NCBI GenBank assembly: GCA_041661045.1
Contig: JBAZVE010000001.1
Location: 120,001-152,000, forward strand
Origin: Candidatus Saccharimonadota bacterium
GTDB lineage: Bacteria; Patescibacteriota; Gracilibacteria; UBA1369; 2-02-FULL-48-14
Direction of reading: 5' to 3'
DNA: 32,000 nucleotides
The notes under the pieces were generated by a model. The model had not been told where the DNA came from. It was given only the letters and a program-made list of their open reading frames with translations, and did no database searches. Of this stretch, positions 7,249-15,648 are shown in pieces. The translations under genes were made by a program, and so were the position numbers. How positions within the stretch are numbered: position 1 is the first letter of the stretch; the number at the start of each line of letters is the position of its first letter.

Positions 7249-7433
7249 GAAGCGGTTGATGATGTAGTCCGTTGTGCCTTTTGTGCTGTCTGCCGTTTTG
7301 TAGCGGCTGCCTGAAGCATCGTAGGAGAAGGATTTAGAGCCGCTGGAAGCCAGCTGGTTCTTAATGTTCCAAGAATAAGTGTGGGCGGTGTTGAAATTTC
7401 AAGGAGCGATGATCTGAATTGATGGGGCACTTT

Positions 7434-8054
7434 TCACCATGAAAAAGAATTCTTAATGATTTTACCCAAAATATCCAACCAATTCAGCTCAGTGTCTGCA
7501 CCCACTTCGTAACAAGTACGAGCTTTCAAACAATCCTCTCCCGTGAGATCCATTTCAAACACCGCCCGATCAGTTTCAGGTATCTCTTCTAGAGATAAGT
7601 AATATTCCGCTTCACCACTTGTTATATCAAGCACAACAAACCTGGGGAGATCATTTTGGTCATCATACATTAGAATCTTTCCATTCGAAGTATCCACTCC
7701 TCCCCAGTAGCTTATATTTCCCTCTGCATCCGTTCCCGTACCCCTCTCAACATTTCCTTCTATGTATAGTTTATCTTCATGAAGTCTATACCAGTACAAG
7801 TATCGAACCAAATAATCATCATACTTAAAATCCATCAATTGGAGTTTCTCCATATCTGTGGGCCATCTCCAAACTTGGAACCTTCCATCACTAAAATGAA
7901 TATATTTATCTTGATCGTATATCTCATACTTTAAATTGGGATCTTTTTCAATGAAGATATAGGTTTCCAAGCAACCCCTAAAAAAGACTACTCCTAGAAG
8001 GACAAGGGCGATAATACCAACTGTCTTAGCCGTTTTTCTAGAAAGCTTATTCAT
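7434..8054 (-). CDS. N-terminally anchored 206-aa protein; candidate immunity protein of the main RHS tip
   Basis: ATG at 8054-8052 lies inside TATGAATAA, overlapping the RHS stop (8049-8047). Begins MNKLSRKTAKTVGIIALVLLGVVFFRGC. The longer 7434-8123 ORF would overlap the RHS gene by 77 nt. Confidence 0.65.
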   Translation of the reverse strand: MNKLSRKTAKTVGIIALVLLGVVFFRGCLETYIFIEKDPNLKYEIYDQDKYIHFSDGRFQVWRWPTDMEKLQLMDFKYDDYLVRYLYWYRLHEDKLYIEGNVERGTGTDAEGNISYWGGVDTSNGKILMYDDQNDLPRFVVLDITSGEAEYYLSLEEIPETDRAVFEMDLTGEDCLKARTCYEVGADTELNWLDILGKIIKNSFSW

Positions 8055-11000
8055 AGGTGTAATCAAAGTTAATGGATTCAGTAAATTCAGATATGAAGCC
8101 TGTGGTTTGTGCCGCAGCCGCACCAGTATTTAGTGCATCATATGTAGCCCCACCACTGTATTCAAATCCTGCATCGAAATGATACTTATCTGAAATGGAC
8201 ACATCTAAATCCCACGCACCATTTTCCAATTGGCTTCCCGTAACCTGCATCCCGGCTGTACCAATGGACATTTTCAAATCGGATGTTTCATTGAGACGCA
8301 GTCCCCTCTGCCCATCGGTACCTTCAATGGAAGTTTGCCCATTAAACTCTGCATTAGAAACAATTTCACCAACCTTGGATTGAAACTCATCCGTCCCCTT
8401 AATTGAATCAATCACATTCCCCCATTCAGACTGATTCCCTTCATTGATGCTCACGCTTCCGGGGTTCAGTTCAAGGGAGTGGGATAAGAGACTTGATGTG
8501 ATTGGGTTTGAAAACTGAAGACCCCATGCCAGTGTTAAACCTGCCGTATAGATTTCCCGCACACCTGGCACAAAAAATGTTGCCAGGTAGGTAGTTGTAG
8601 ATAACTCTCCCGTTGGATCTGTAATATTTACCGGATTATTCCTGCTGTAACTGTAGAAGTTCAAACTCTGCGGATCTGTGAGAATTTGGAAGATGCGGTC
8701 ATCCAGCTGGGCCGGGTCCTGGCTGGAGAAACGGCCTATGGCGCTGTCATACCACCGGGCTTCGAAATAGTAGAGGCCAAGGTCTTCATCGAGTTCTTTG
8801 TCGGTGAAGGAGTGGTCGGCGGGGGCAGGGCCGGAGCCGTCGTCCAGGGAGCTATCGAGGAGCTCGGAGCCGTAGGGATAGTAATCGTAAAGCTGGGTGA
8901 CGAAGCCTTCTTCGTTGGTGGTGAGGGCGGTGCCTCCCAAGTGGTCCTGGTGGTAATAAGTGAGGGCAGCATCTCCCACAGGAGTTTCCGGAGGGATTTT
9001 AAGTGCGGCCACTCTTTGGCTTCCCGCAAAGAGGTAATAGAGCTCCGTTCCATCGGAAGCGGGTTCGGAGCCGCTGCCATCCGCCTTGCCACGGAGTTCT
9101 CCGTAGCGGCCGAGGTAATAGTCCACGGTTCCCCTGGCAGAGTCCACCGTCTTCCAGCGGGTACCAGTGGCATCGTAACTGAAGGATTTACTTCCACTGC
9201 TGCTGAGCTGATTCTTTCTATCCCAGCTGTAGGTGTGAGCGGCATTGCCGGTGAGGTTTCCCTTGCTGTCGTAGGTGTATGCTATGCCATCCACAGAAGT
9301 CACGGCGTGGGGATTGGCGCCGCTGTGAGTGCCGGAAGAAGAACCGGTGCCCTCATAAAGCAGGCTGCCAATGTCGCTCTTGTACACCATGTTTCCAAGG
9401 CTGTCATACTCATAAGTCTCACTGTAGTCTCCTCCGCTTAGGCCGGTGGTCTCTGCGGAGAGCAGGCGATTCAAGTCATCGTAGGCATAGGAAATGGTTT
9501 TGGCCGTGGGGCTTGTGCTCGTGTCCAGAATCTCCAAAATGTTCCCGACATTGTCGTAGCTGTAGGAAAGATCCTGAATTTCCGTCCAGGAAGTGCTGGT
9601 GAAGAGAGGATCATAAATGCCCGTGGTGCTTTTGCCTGTGAGGCGATATGCCTGAGCGGGGTCGTAGACATTGGTGGTCACGGTGCCGTTCCCGTAAGTG
9701 GTGCTTGCCGTTTGGGAAGAGGGAGAATAGTCCATGTCGGAAACGATGTCTCGTAAAGTAGCGCCTGTCCCTTCGGTTACTTTTTCAAGAAGACCGGCTG
9801 TGTTGTATTCGTAATTTACGGTTGCTGCAAAAGAGGGATACGCAATCTTTTTCAGACGGCTGAGGACATCGTATTCATATTGAAAAATATACGGGATGGT
9901 GTCGAGCTTTCTTGTTTCTTTTGCAAGGTTCCCGAGGCTGTCGTATTTATCATTGATCACCGAGAAATTTGTCATCAAGATTTTGTGGATTTTGCCTACC
10001 CCATTGATCGCAGTATCGTAGACAAAGGAAACATCTTTGGCAGAAGTTCCGGCATCCCAATCTTCAAAAACCATCCGATTGAGCGGATCGTAGCCCCATG
10101 TGAGCGACTGGCCCGCGGGGTCCACTTGGGAGACTAGATTCCCATTTTTATCGTAGGTGTAAGTCCATTCTCCAAAATCCCCTTCGGCCGGATCATGGAG
10201 ATCTTCTTGCAGGGTTTTGCGCCCCAAAGAATCGTAGCCGAAGTTTCTTAAGTTGCCCTGGCTATCGGTAAGAGTGAGGAGCAGGCCACGGTCATCATAA
10301 TCGTAAGTCGTTGTGTAAGTATCTATTCCATTCTTCTCTCGTACGGCACTCAAAGCTCCGGCGGCGTTATAGAGATAGGTTTTGCTGTTTCCATTCCCAT
10401 CCGTGACCTCTTCCATCCATGGGGAATAGTCATGTGTTTCCGTAGAGACGGGGGTCACCACGGTGAGGGGCCGACTGAGTGCATCGTAAGACATTTCTGT
10501 GCTGTACGCAGAGGCGTCTCTACCAAATATGCTGCTTGAAGTTTCGTAAGGAAAACTTTGGCTGGCAAGGTTTCCCCGTTCGTCGTACCAAAAGTCTACG
10601 GTCGTGTAGACCCCGCCCTCTGCTGAAGTATTGCTTTGGATGGCCCGTCCGAGGCCGTCAAAATAACTTACGGTTTCCATGGAAATGCCATCCACCGTGC
10701 TTTCCGTGGAGACGGAGCTTGGGAAGGAGTCGTCATCGTAGCTGCTTGTAGACACCAGCACCGAAGTCCCAAAGGTGGGATGCGGAATGGAGCTTGTTAA
10801 CACTCGCCCAAAGCCGTCGTAAGTGTTTGAGCGCGTAAAGCCATTTGCGTCCACGGAGCTGAGGAGTTGTCCGGTAGCTGCTTCGTATACGGTACTCGTT
10901 GTTTGTGAAAGGGCATTCGTTGTGCTTGCTGGGTAAAGATTGTTTGAATCATAGTTCATGTCCAGCGCGTTTCCCTTGGCATCCACTACTCGCTCAACGA

Positions 11001-13821
11001 GTCCATAAGCATTGACTGTGTAGGTGGAGCCAAACCATTGATTCCCTTCACTGAGCCAAGATTTTTCACTCGTAAGATTCCCCGTGGAAACATTCCCGAG
11101 CGGGAGGCCGTCGTAGGTGCGACGGCTTTTAGCGATTGCGGAGCCGCTTGCATCTTTCAAGATCTCTTCTGAGATTTTGTTGCGAATTAGCCCGGAGCTG
11201 TCCGCTGCGTACGCATAGGATAGTACGGTTTTTTCGTGCGCATGAGGAATATCCACAAATCCTCCGCTGCTGTCCGCCGCCACTTCACCGAAGTTTGTAA
11301 CTTTAAATATATTTCCGTCCGCATCGTATTGATAAGTTGTAGCTTTGTCCTTGTGAGCGCTGCCACCGAAGTCCATGGAAACACTGGCGGTTTTGTACAC
11401 AAAATCATTTTCATAGCCAAGATCCAAGGTTTCCCACGAGTCCCAGACTCTTTGGAAAAGATTGCCGGACTCATCATAAACTTCCGTTTTATAGGCGCGG
11501 CCGATGAGTGGAAACTCTTCTTGATGGTAATAAGAAATGGTTTCCTTTCCCTCCTCACTGCGCGACACCGTTTCGAAGCCGGCGAACTGACGGTTCATTT
11601 CATCTTCATACAAATATTTTCCACCGGAGTAGTCGTAGGTGATGGTGCTTTCTTCCCCAAGGCCATCCGAAGTGGTGACACTGGAGACCAAGTTCATCAC
11701 AAAGGGCATGGCGGGGTTATCGAAAGAGGTGGAGGGCGCATAGGAAACTGTGGTTTCCGCCCCTTTGGAGTGATGAATGGTTTCGAGCAGTTCTGGAGTG
11801 GCGTTGTTGAGATACATTCTTTTAGTGCTGCCCCCATGGGACTCAGAAAAAACCACATCCGCAAAGTTATCCCCATCCACATCAAAAATCTGAACGCCTT
11901 TTGGGGTTCTATAACCTTCTGCAAAACTCACGGGGACCGTATAAGCACTGCCTTCGTCCCATCCCGTCCCATCTCCCTTATTAATATATACGGCATTCTC
12001 AATGCTGGAATCTGCCGAGTAAACAATGTCCGCTAAGCCATCTCCATTGACATCCACCATTTCTGCAACATCCATCATGATATCTCCGCTATCCCAGAAA
12101 TAGATTGGGATGCTATAACTACTTTCTTCAGTCCACCCCGTTCCATCGCCACGATTGAGATAAACAGATTGGTAGGGACTCCCTTGATACCTTGATTCTA
12201 TAATATCCACCAAGCCATCTCCATTAATGTCTGCCAGTTTTACACCCTCGTCATCCTCTCCTTCAGAATTAAAAATAACTGGTATGGATATCTCGCTCAC
12301 TTCTTCCCATGTTTCCATTTCTGGATTGAAGAGGTAGATATTCTTTGAAATACCACCGTGACTCAAAGACTGAACAAAGTCAGGGAAAGAGTCTCCATTG
12401 ATGTCCATAACACGAATCCCCTCATCGGCCATATAACCACTATTGAACCTTAGTGGAATCGAGTAAGTGGTGTCTTCAACCCAAGAGGAAGACGCCTCGT
12501 CAAAGATGTAGCCTACCCGAACATCGCTAGAGGATTCCATGGAAGCATAAACGATATCGTTGAATCCATCTCCGTTCAAATCACTCATACGCGTACCCCT
12601 CATATAATTTCCTCCTGTTCCCCAAAAAGAGACAGGAATTGAATAGCTTGTATCTTCGGTCCAGCCTGTTCCATCGCCGTTATTCACATAGACCTCTCGG
12701 TAAGTTCTTCCACTATCGTAGTAGGAATTGAGAAGATCCATAAATCCATCCCCATTGACATCACTGATGTCCACACCTTTATCTTCATTTCCTCCCTCCA
12801 CATAAAAATACACCGGGATCTCGTAGCCGCTTACTTCTTCCCAGCCTTTTTCGCTCTCGGAATATTCAAAACTTGTAGGGTGGAGCGTGCTTACTTCACC
12901 AGTCGTGCTTTGAGCGGATTCCGTGACAGAAGAGAGTAAGGATTGAACGGTGTCGTCCGGGGTGGAGTAATCGAGACTGTATTTTCGAGTCCATACCCCA
13001 TCAACAAATGCGGTGATCTCACTGACTCGATAATCGGTTTGAACTTCAAAGCCGGTATTGTAAAAAGAAGAAACATCTTCTCGGCTCTCCAAAGTGAATT
13101 CAATGGCAAAAGATCCATCGGTGGATCCATGTCCGGTATAATGGATGCTTTCTGGATAAATTTGCCCATTCTCTTCAAAGTATTCGTATCGTACAAAGTT
13201 ATCATTGGAGTCTCGCACTTCCTCAAGCATCCACTTGTAGACGCGGCTTGCATCTGCCGGGTCCTCTTGCCTACTTTCAGCGGCTGCCCCAAAACTATAA
13301 ACGGTTCCGGACTTATCTGTAACAGACCAAGAGTTGTCCGAATTGAATGAGTAATTTAGAAAAGAGCCATCCTCGACTTTACTGCTGTACTCCCCGTAAG
13401 GACTTCCACTTATGGGAACAAGCTCTCCACTGAGTGAAGAACTAAAATTGTTTTCGTCGTACATGGTATTTACACCGGTTTTGTTGAGTCGCGTGATTGC
13501 AGGGATACCCAGTGACCAACCGGATCCATAAAAACTATCCCAGCCCATGCCTTGGCTGTTGTAGTTTAGGCTGAGAGAGGGCTGCAAGCCACTGCGCCCC
13601 GCAGGCAGAGTGAGGGGAAGAGAATAAGTGAAAGCTCCACTAAAAGAGCTGTCTTGCGCACCTTGGTCCAATCGAACCCGACTGTTATTGATTTCGTAAG
13701 TCTGATCATAAAACCCTTCGTTGTTATTTGTAGCATCTGCAAAGCTTCTAGGCGCGAAACTTGTGAATGCAAAAAAACTCAGCAGAAGGGTGGATAGGGC
13801 TCTCACTTTTTGGCTGAGCAT
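8047..13821 (-). CDS. Secreted SpvB / FG-GAP / RHS-repeat polymorphic toxin (TcB-TcC-like fusion), 1,924 aa
   Basis: Signal peptide MLSQKVRALSTLLLSFFAFTSFAPRSFA. SpvB-like FTYSLPLTLPAGRSGLQPSLSLNYNSQG..GWSLGIPAITR. Six DxNGDGxxD FG-GAP/VCBS repeats (aa ~350-660). Many YD repeats. RHS core end ...YYFEARWYDSAIGRFSSQDP...NNPVNITDPTGE. Confidence 0.95.
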   Translation of the reverse strand: MLSQKVRALSTLLLSFFAFTSFAPRSFADATNNNEGFYDQTYEINNSRVRLDQGAQDSSFSGAFTYSLPLTLPAGRSGLQPSLSLNYNSQGMGWDSFYGSGWSLGIPAITRLNKTGVNTMYDENNFSSSLSGELVPISGSPYGEYSSKVEDGSFLNYSFNSDNSWSVTDKSGTVYSFGAAAESRQEDPADASRVYKWMLEEVRDSNDNFVRYEYFEENGQIYPESIHYTGHGSTDGSFAIEFTLESREDVSSFYNTGFEVQTDYRVSEITAFVDGVWTRKYSLDYSTPDDTVQSLLSSVTESAQSTTGEVSTLHPTSFEYSESEKGWEEVSGYEIPVYFYVEGGNEDKGVDISDVNGDGFMDLLNSYYDSGRTYREVYVNNGDGTGWTEDTSYSIPVSFWGTGGNYMRGTRMSDLNGDGFNDIVYASMESSSDVRVGYIFDEASSSWVEDTTYSIPLRFNSGYMADEGIRVMDINGDSFPDFVQSLSHGGISKNIYLFNPEMETWEEVSEISIPVIFNSEGEDDEGVKLADINGDGLVDIIESRYQGSPYQSVYLNRGDGTGWTEESSYSIPIYFWDSGDIMMDVAEMVDVNGDGLADIVYSADSSIENAVYINKGDGTGWDEGSAYTVPVSFAEGYRTPKGVQIFDVDGDNFADVVFSESHGGSTKRMYLNNATPELLETIHHSKGAETTVSYAPSTSFDNPAMPFVMNLVSSVTTSDGLGEESTITYDYSGGKYLYEDEMNRQFAGFETVSRSEEGKETISYYHQEEFPLIGRAYKTEVYDESGNLFQRVWDSWETLDLGYENDFVYKTASVSMDFGGSAHKDKATTYQYDADGNIFKVTNFGEVAADSSGGFVDIPHAHEKTVLSYAYAADSSGLIRNKISEEILKDASGSAIAKSRRTYDGLPLGNVSTGNLTSEKSWLSEGNQWFGSTYTVNAYGLVERVVDAKGNALDMNYDSNNLYPASTTNALSQTTSTVYEAATGQLLSSVDANGFTRSNTYDGFGRVLTSSIPHPTFGTSVLVSTSSYDDDSFPSSVSTESTVDGISMETVSYFDGLGRAIQSNTSAEGGVYTTVDFWYDERGNLASQSFPYETSSSIFGRDASAYSTEMSYDALSRPLTVVTPVSTETHDYSPWMEEVTDGNGNSKTYLYNAAGALSAVREKNGIDTYTTTYDYDDRGLLLTLTDSQGNLRNFGYDSLGRKTLQEDLHDPAEGDFGEWTYTYDKNGNLVSQVDPAGQSLTWGYDPLNRMVFEDWDAGTSAKDVSFVYDTAINGVGKIHKILMTNFSVINDKYDSLGNLAKETRKLDTIPYIFQYEYDVLSRLKKIAYPSFAATVNYEYNTAGLLEKVTEGTGATLRDIVSDMDYSPSSQTASTTYGNGTVTTNVYDPAQAYRLTGKSTTGIYDPLFTSTSWTEIQDLSYSYDNVGNILEILDTSTSPTAKTISYAYDDLNRLLSAETTGLSGGDYSETYEYDSLGNMVYKSDIGSLLYEGTGSSSGTHSGANPHAVTSVDGIAYTYDSKGNLTGNAAHTYSWDRKNQLSSSGSKSFSYDATGTRWKTVDSARGTVDYYLGRYGELRGKADGSGSEPASDGTELYYLFAGSQRVAALKIPPETPVGDAALTYYHQDHLGGTALTTNEEGFVTQLYDYYPYGSELLDSSLDDGSGPAPADHSFTDKELDEDLGLYYFEARWYDSAIGRFSSQDPAQLDDRIFQILTDPQSLNFYSYSRNNPVNITDPTGELSTTTYLATFFVPGVREIYTAGLTLAWGLQFSNPITSSLLSHSLELNPGSVSINEGNQSEWGNVIDSIKGTDEFQSKVGEIVSNAEFNGQTSIEGTDGQRGLRLNETSDLKMSIGTAGMQVTGSQLENGAWDLDVSISDKYHFDAGFEYSGGATYDALNTGAAAAQTTGFISEFTESINFDYTYE
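8050..8604 (-). other. Variable C-terminal tip (185 aa) of the RHS protein, after DPTGE
   Basis: Sequence after DPTGE (LSTTTYLATFFVPGVREIYTAGL...INFDYTYE) has no similarity to the orphan tip beyond the first ~12 residues and matches no family I recognise. Confidence 0.7.
8605..9249 (-). repeat. RHS core-end block homologous to the orphan cassette at 6730-7398
   Basis: The protein alignment is continuous from AHTYSW to DPxGE. DNA stretches are near-identical, e.g. gtcataccaccgggcttcgaa(a/g)tagtagaggcc(a/g)aggtcttcatcgag. Confidence 0.85.
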
Positions 13822-13834
13822 AGCACATTTATTA

Positions 13835-13927
13835 AATTGCCCTTACTATTCTCCACTGCCCCCGCCCTTGTCCAGGCTTTCGGCACATTTACTGTCGTCA
13901 GGATTGGATGACAGTTTGTGGTTTAGA
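13835..13927 (-). promoter_or_regulatory. Upstream leader copy B (inverted copy of 611-702) in front of the RHS gene
   Basis: 13886-13927 is the exact reverse complement of 611-652. Diverged similarity continues to 13835, and the RHS ATG follows at 13821. Confidence 0.65.
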
Positions 13928-13985
13928 AACTGGACGACATGAGCTTTTAGGCGTAGAGTACACTTAAATTTACCCCTTCCCCCTC

Positions 13986-15584
13986 ATGAAAAATATTCTT
14001 ATTGCCCTTCTGAGTCTTATGCTTGCCGTCCCTGGTGTGCTGGCGTCCGCCAATGCTGATATGAGCGACTCTGAGCTGGGAGAATATTTTATATTTGAGA
14101 CGGGGACCTGGTGGGATTATGTGAATTATATAGACACCGCTTCCGACTACGACACCTCAGAGATTACTTTTGTGGATGATATTGAAGATGCCACGACGCG
14201 TGCAGAGAGACTTCCCTGCAGAATTTCTCAATGTTTTAGCGTGGGTATGGGGCAAATCTACATCGAGTACTTTATAGAAGATGGGAAAATTTACATGGAT
14301 ACTTACGACGGGTACGACACGAATGATTTTCTGGTTTTCTCTCTTGATGGACTCGAGGATGTCCAAGTTGATGCATTGTGGGGATATCTTTTGGGTTATG
14401 ACAGTTTGAGTGGTTACGAGACCAGCATGCAATGTAGTGTGGACTTCGGAACTTACGCCTATCAAGGCTACGAAGGTGATTCCATCCAACACACTTGCAG
14501 CACTTTCCTAAAAGGTCCGGATGAAGTGGAACACCAAGTGGTGAGCTCCGAGTACTACTTGAGAGGCGTTGGGAAAGTCTTAACCGAGACCAAGCTCTAT
14601 CAGGACGGCGAGTGGCAAATCACTTATAGCCTTGTGCTCAATGAAACCAGCGTTGATTTGGAGGAAGTTGAAGGTCTGACTGAAGAAGCGGATGGAAAGG
14701 AAGTGATCGATACGGTGGTGGAAGAAATGAATGAAGAAGAAGAGGAAGAAGAGGAAGAAGAGGTGGTTTTGGCGGCGGAAGAAAGTAGCTTCTCCGATGT
14801 CGAATCGGATCACGATAACTACGCAGCGGTTGAATATCTCTACGAAGAAGGTGTGATTGGAGGATATGAGGATGGATCCTTTAAACCTGAGAATACCGTG
14901 AATCGTGCCGAGCTTCTGAAGATTTTGGTGGAAGGCCAGGGCATCACACCGGATGCAGAGCTCTATAAAAACTGTTTCCCCGATGTCACTACAGACTGGT
15001 ATGCCAAATATGTATGCTACGCCAAAAGCCAAGCGTGGATTTCCGGCTATAGCAACGGATACTTTCTTCCTGCCGATCCTGTAAATAAAGTGGAGGCCCT
15101 CAAAATGCTGCTCAATTCTCAAAGTATTGAGATCACCGTTGGAGACCAAAGCTCATTTGATGACTTCTCTGAGAATGAATGGTTCGCCCCTTATGTGGCC
15201 AAAGCTCAAGCACTTGGGATTTTGGAGGAAACCGGCAGTAGTTTTCATGCCGATGAGGATCGAACGCGTGGTGGCATCAGTGAAAATTTGTATCGGCTTC
15301 TCTTGAGTCTTCAGGTTGATGGCGTCTCCAGCGCCATGTCTGAAACTACTTGTCTGCAATACGACGCTTCCTTCGACCTGGATGAGTTCGAAGCAGAAAC
15401 GGAGGACATTATGGAGGCGTACGGATTTGAAGACATTTGGGCGATCGATGCCTTTATTGACCAGATTAGGGGCCTGGATATCTTTGAGCTTCTGTCTGCC
15501 CAACTGGAGATGGACCTTGAAGAAGAGTGTGGAGAATCCGTTGATGATGCTTCCGCGCTGGCTGAGGCCATGTTGGAGGAATAA
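13986..15584 (+). CDS. Secreted cell-surface protein with three SLH domains and an acidic linker
   Basis: Signal peptide MKNILIALLSLMLAVPGVLASANA. SLH motifs FSDVESDHDNYAAVEYLYEEGVIGGYEDGSFKPENTVNRAELLKIL, FPDVTTDWYAKYVCYAKSQAWISGYSNGYFLPADPVNKVEALKML and FDDFSENEWFAPYVAKAQALGIL. Confidence 0.85.
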   Translation: MKNILIALLSLMLAVPGVLASANADMSDSELGEYFIFETGTWWDYVNYIDTASDYDTSEITFVDDIEDATTRAERLPCRISQCFSVGMGQIYIEYFIEDGKIYMDTYDGYDTNDFLVFSLDGLEDVQVDALWGYLLGYDSLSGYETSMQCSVDFGTYAYQGYEGDSIQHTCSTFLKGPDEVEHQVVSSEYYLRGVGKVLTETKLYQDGEWQITYSLVLNETSVDLEEVEGLTEEADGKEVIDTVVEEMNEEEEEEEEEEVVLAAEESSFSDVESDHDNYAAVEYLYEEGVIGGYEDGSFKPENTVNRAELLKILVEGQGITPDAELYKNCFPDVTTDWYAKYVCYAKSQAWISGYSNGYFLPADPVNKVEALKMLLNSQSIEITVGDQSSFDDFSENEWFAPYVAKAQALGILEETGSSFHADEDRTRGGISENLYRLLLSLQVDGVSSAMSETTCLQYDASFDLDEFEAETEDIMEAYGFEDIWAIDAFIDQIRGLDIFELLSAQLEMDLEEECGESVDDASALAEAMLEE

Positions 15585-15595
15585 TACTGACGCAC

Positions 15596-15645
15596 CCCTT
15601 CTAAAAACCTGGTTTTTTTGGTATAATTAGGGGATTCATTTTGCT
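15596..15645 (+). promoter_or_regulatory. 50-bp repeat copy 2 with extended -10 promoter (TGGTATAAT at 15619-15627)
   Basis: Identical to 1923-1972. It lies 11 nt after the SLH gene stop and ends 3 nt before the cyclase GTG. Confidence 0.6.
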
Positions 15646-15648
15646 TTT

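Noticed and set aside
7068-7430. 120-aa minus-strand ORF with an ATG at 7430
   Set aside because: It is out of frame with the RHS-core homology that runs through the same DNA, and its translation is Ser/Thr/Pro-rich noise. The homologous frame is the one ending at 6304.
8055-8123. N-terminal 23-codon extension of the 7434-8123 ORF
   Set aside because: It would overlap the RHS coding end by 77 nt. The internal ATG at 8054 gives a typical anchored N-terminus and a classic start/stop overlap.
8686-13350. Several long plus-strand ORFs (8686-9441, 11236-12036, 12943-13350 and others) inside the RHS gene
   Set aside because: They are antisense shadow ORFs of a 5.8-kb gene with strong protein-level evidence on the minus strand. 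Their translations are low-complexity and have no motifs.
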